Assembly (NCBI RefSeq): GCF_009914755.1
Contig: NC_060925.1
DNA length: 64,000 nucleotides
Source of the DNA: the human T2T-CHM13v2.0 reference genome, Homo sapiens
Reading direction: 5' to 3' (one strand)
Positions 59,811 to 64,000 of the stretch are shown piece after piece. Both the position numbers and the translations under genes were made by a program. Numbering within the stretch: position 1 is the first letter of the stretch; every line of letters starts with the position of its first letter. The notes beneath the pieces were generated by a model. The model was not told the DNA's origin, searched no databases, and saw nothing but the letters and a program-made list of their open reading frames with translations.

Positions 59811-60332
59811 ACCCTCAGTAATTTTTTTTAAAGCATCACTGAATTCTCATTAGCTAGTTTGGAGAGAAAGACGATGGGGTCGGGAAGGATTCACTCTTTG
59901 GAGCTTTTGAACCTGCTTCTGTGTGCAGTACATAAAAATGTTCTTAATGATCTCAAACTGTCCAAATAAATTTTATGATTACCTTCAGTTTAAGGAAACA
60001 GGGCAACTTAAAAAAAATTTTTACAATGATTTCTATTAAAAAATGGAATTTAAAAGGTGGAGAAGGATTCTTACATTTCTGGTACAAAGGAATAGTCTTA
60101 GCTACCTAGAAAAATGAGTGATTCAGAACTTTTCTCCTCTTTGTTACGTATTTAATTTAGAGAGCACATTACTTATTCTTTGATTTCCTTAATGAATGTC
60201 TCATTCTCTGTCCCTTTTAGTACTCTTTAGATCAGAAACTAAACTTTGTTTATGACTAAATCTTTCAACTATTTAAGTAGGTTTTTATTCTTGAAGTCCT
60301 ATTCAGAACAATTTTCCTTTTATGTTTATTAG

Positions 60333-60556
60333 CAGAAAGCGTAAAAGATCAAAATCAACATACTATGAACAAGCAATATGAAAAAGAGAGGCAAAGACTT
60401 GTTACTGGAATAGAAGAACTACGTACTAAGCTGATACAAATAGAAGCTGAAAATTCTGATTTGAAGGTTAACATGGCTCACAGAACTAGTCAGTTTCAGC
60501 TGATTCAAGAGGAGCTGCTAGAGAAAGCTTCAAACTCCAGCAAACTGGAAAGTGAA
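60333..60556 (+). CDS. CCDC18: CCDC18 exon 12 (NAGNAG acceptor; alternative start 60336)
   Basis: tag|CAG, GAA|gtaagc; 224 nt; (A)[22 protein letters not shown]...SKLESE (ORF 60365). Confidence 0.93.
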
Positions 60557-61026
60557 GTAAGCTTGGAATTAGCTTGGTATATATGTTAATTTTTGAACTA
60601 GAACAAAAGGTATTATTTTAGGGTTTTATAAAAATTATATGTTTACATCCAGATTTAAAGTTTTTAAAAAATGGTACCACATAAGTTATAAATTGTTTTA
60701 AAATTATATTTGGAAACCTTTGTATTTTAACTTATTAAAAGTTAAAGTTATTAAAAGTAGGAAAAACTATAGTGGGTAAAAGTCTCAAATTTGGTGGAAA
60801 TAATATTGCATTGCAGCCTATTATTTCTTCCATAGTATAAGTTAATATGGTTAATATACATTTATAAATAAAGACTTTGGATTATGCTGTTGGAAGAAAA
60901 GGAGTGATAATAAAGGATTTCAAATTTTAGCAAACCCCAAACCACCTAGGAAGCCTGTTTAATATGCATATTTCTGGGTCCTGTTCCAGCAATTTCTGAT
61001 TCAGTATATATGGGCACAAGAGTCTG

Positions 61027-61345
61027 CTTTTTTCTTTTCTTTTTCTTTTTTTTTTTTTTTCTTAGAGACAGGGTCTTGCTCTGTTGCCCAGTCTGGAGTG
61101 TGGTGGTGTGATCATAGCTCACTGTAGCTTTGAACTTCTAGGCTCAAGCCATTCTCCTGCCTCAGTCTTCCAAGTATTTGAGACTGCAGGCATGTGTCAC
61201 TATGTCCAGCTAAGTTTTTTTATTTTTTATTTGTAGAGACAGTCGCTGTGTTGCCCAGGCTTGCCTCGAACTCCTGGTTTCAGGTGATCCCCACCTCAGT
61301 ATCCCAAAATGCTGGGATTACTGGTGTGAGCCACCACACCTAGCC
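61027..61345 (-). mobile_element. AluJ within a MER5-like remnant
   Basis: Antisense Alu; ga.tctg..tttt flanks. Confidence 0.85.
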
Positions 61346-62225
61346 GGAATCTGTATTTTTATTTTTTGTGTATTTCTGCTGTTTAAAGAGTCTGTATTTT
61401 TAAACAACTGCATGTAAACCTGAAACAACTACGCAAGGAATTACATTCTGAAAAGGGGATAATGAGTGTTTTGTGAATATCTTGTCTTCATTTTCACTGA
61501 GGACAGGATAAGGGTGCCTCATTAGGTAATTGTGGACCAGGACCACATGTGTATATCTTATACTCGATCTTCAAACCAGAGGCTGCAGTCATCTATAGGT
61601 ACACTTTTTAAATACCTGCTTTCTCAGCTTAAAGTCTATAGCCAAGGCTGAGGAAAAAGAACTATAAGATAGGAACTTATGTTAATAATGAAGATGGAGA
61701 TTTAGACAGTTTATAACTATGGCTACCAGTTTACTTAGGAAATTGCCAAATACTGGGATTAATAAGTTTTTTAAATTACAAAAATAGCACAGTCTTGTTA
61801 ATATAAAAGGGGAAAAAGAAGAAAATGAACCATTGATAATTCTACCACCAGAAATAACTGCTGATAACATTTTATTGTACTTATTTCAGTCTTTAACAGC
61901 TACGTAAAAATAGATTAGGGTATTGTCCTTTTTGGATATAGGGGTCTGAATTAAATGACTTATGTTTTACATAGATAGAAGAAGTGATCCTTTGTTTTCA
62001 GTATTTGTTTTTCTTCTTAATTGTCACTTATTTTGTAAAATACTTATAATTATGTGGGTTAAAAAGTTATTCACTTTGCATCCTAAATGTTTATAACTGT
62101 AAGTTTGCCCAATTTACCTAGACACAATGTATTTGAACTTTGAAAGAGGAGCAGGTGTTTGATCTTAGAATGCAAAATCATTACCTTTAAAAAATAATTT
62201 TACATTTATTTCAATGTGTTTTCAG

Positions 62226-62336
62226 ATGACAAAGAAATGTTCTCAACTTTTAACTCTTGAGAAACAGCTGGAAGAAAAGATAGTTGCTTATTCCTCTATT
62301 GCTGCAAAAAATGCAGAACTAGAACAGGAGCTTATG
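62226..62336 (+). CDS. CCDC18: CCDC18 exon 13
   Basis: ttttcag|ATG, ATG|gtaaaa; 111 nt; [37 protein letters not shown]. Confidence 0.93.
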
Positions 62337-62487
62337 GTAAAACTTATCTTTGTTCCTACAAATTTACTGTGATTTTTAGGCACTTAATTTGTGACAGCAC
62401 ATTTGTTTTAGCATCATTATTATAAAATATATAGGAAAGTATAAATTCTACTAAACTCTTCTGATCATTTCTTGTTTATATTTTTAA

Positions 62488-62824
<337 letters not shown>

Positions 62825-63043
62825 GTTTTCTCATTTTTATCCTAATAGGATTGAAGATAATGGTAGTTCTTTGATATGCTTCTTGATATTTAAAATAGTT
62901 TAAATCTTCTCGTCTTGATAAAGTATTTTTAGCCATTTTGTTAAAGTTTGAAGTATAAACTACTGTGGTTCTTTAAAGAATGGAGTATGACATATTTAAT
63001 GGTTGACTAATGTACTTTTATGTAAAACTGCTTTTCAATTATA

Positions 63044-63292
63044 CTTTTTTTTTGAGACAAAGTCTCACTCTGTGGTTCAGGCTGCAGTGCAGTGGCACAA
63101 TCATGGCTCACTACAGCCGTGTCCTCCCAGGCTTCCCCCTGAGCGTCCCCAGAAGCTATGACCACAGGCGCATGCCACCACATCTACTTAGCTAATTTTT
63201 TGTATTTTTCATAGAGACGGGGTCTTGCCGTGTTTCCCAGGCTAGTCTTGAACTCCTGGATTCAAGCGATCTGCCTGCCTTGGCCTCCCAAA
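63044..63292 (-). mobile_element. 5'-truncated AluJ ending about 36 bp before CCDC18 exon 14
   Basis: TSD tcaattatact. Confidence 0.85.
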
Positions 63293-63328
63293 TCAATTAT
63301 ACTCCTTTAAAGTGTTTTGTGTTTCTAG

Positions 63329-63460
63329 GAAAAGAATGAAAAGATAAGGAGTCTAGAAACCAATATTAATACAGAGCATGAGAAAATTTGTTTAGCCTTT
63401 GAAAAAGCAAAGAAAATTCACTTGGAACAGCATAAAGAAATGGAAAAGCAGATTGAAAGA
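63329..63460 (+). CDS. CCDC18: CCDC18 exon 14 (gene continues beyond window)
   Basis: tttctag|GAA, AGA|gtaagt; 132 nt; [44 protein letters not shown]; cumulative 654 codons. Confidence 0.93.
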
Positions 63461-63841
63461 GTAAGTAATACATATTTAGAATATGAGTGCTGAAAAGAAA
63501 CTTAAACATTACTAGCCCCAGCATTTTTTATTTTGTAGACGAGGACACAAAGATACACAAAAGTTAGTGGCAAGAGCTGTAATTAGAATCCCAATCTTTC
63601 TGAATAATTTTTCAGTGCTTTAACAGAATATAGTATGCCTTCTGTTTCAGCTGTAATCATTATTTTTGACATTATTAAAGTAAGAGTAATTCTGTAGACT
63701 CCATTTCCCTAAAAATATCAGTTGCTTGAAGATTGATTGAGAGGAAAAAGCAGAATAAGAGAAGCACTCTTGACCTTGGGTTAAAAGTAGAAAAGAAAAT
63801 TTGAGACCAAAAATGCAAGACACAGTAAAAAAAAATAGATA

Positions 63842-64000
63842 CAGTAGTCCCTGCTTATCCATGGGAGAGACATTCCAAGACCTTCAGTGAATGCCTGAAA
63901 CCACAGATAGTACTGAACCTTATATATTTTTTCCTATACATACATACCTATTATAAAGCTTAATTTATAAATTAGACACAGTAAGAGATTAGCAAGAATT
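63842..64000. mobile_element. MER44/Tigger7-type DNA transposon (partial)
   Basis: TA-cagtagtccctgcttatcc...ttccaagacc..gatagtactgaacc terminus. Confidence 0.75.

Overview
Human-like (primate) genomic DNA that I recognise as the TMED5/CCDC18 head-to-head locus (1p22 in human). On the minus strand is the complete 229-aa TMED5 (p24gamma2) CDS in 4 exons (25832 down to 255). On the plus strand is the 5' half of CCDC18: a putative non-coding exon 1 plus 13 coding exons, which I spliced by hand into 654 uninterrupted codons; the gene continues past the window. The two genes share a CpG-island promoter with a ZNF143-type motif. Introns are dense in repeats: about 40 Alu/FLAM, nested L1s, an ERV9 LTR12 solo LTR, MaLR LTRs, MER52, MER85, MER1 and MER44. 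They also hold a full-length RPL36A processed pseudogene and a 5' AKR1B1 retro-fragment. I see no new multi-gene system. The most notable items are the AKR1B1-mRNA/MER52 R-U5 chimera, the LTR12 promoter pointing toward CCDC18, a frameshifting TMED5 cassette exon predicting a TM-less p24 protein, an in-frame 118-aa upstream extension of CCDC18, a 40-bp young L1 stub with TSD and a templated insertion inside a (TA)n tract. Repeat family names come from recall of consensus sequences, not from a search, and repeat boundaries are approximate unless a TSD is given.
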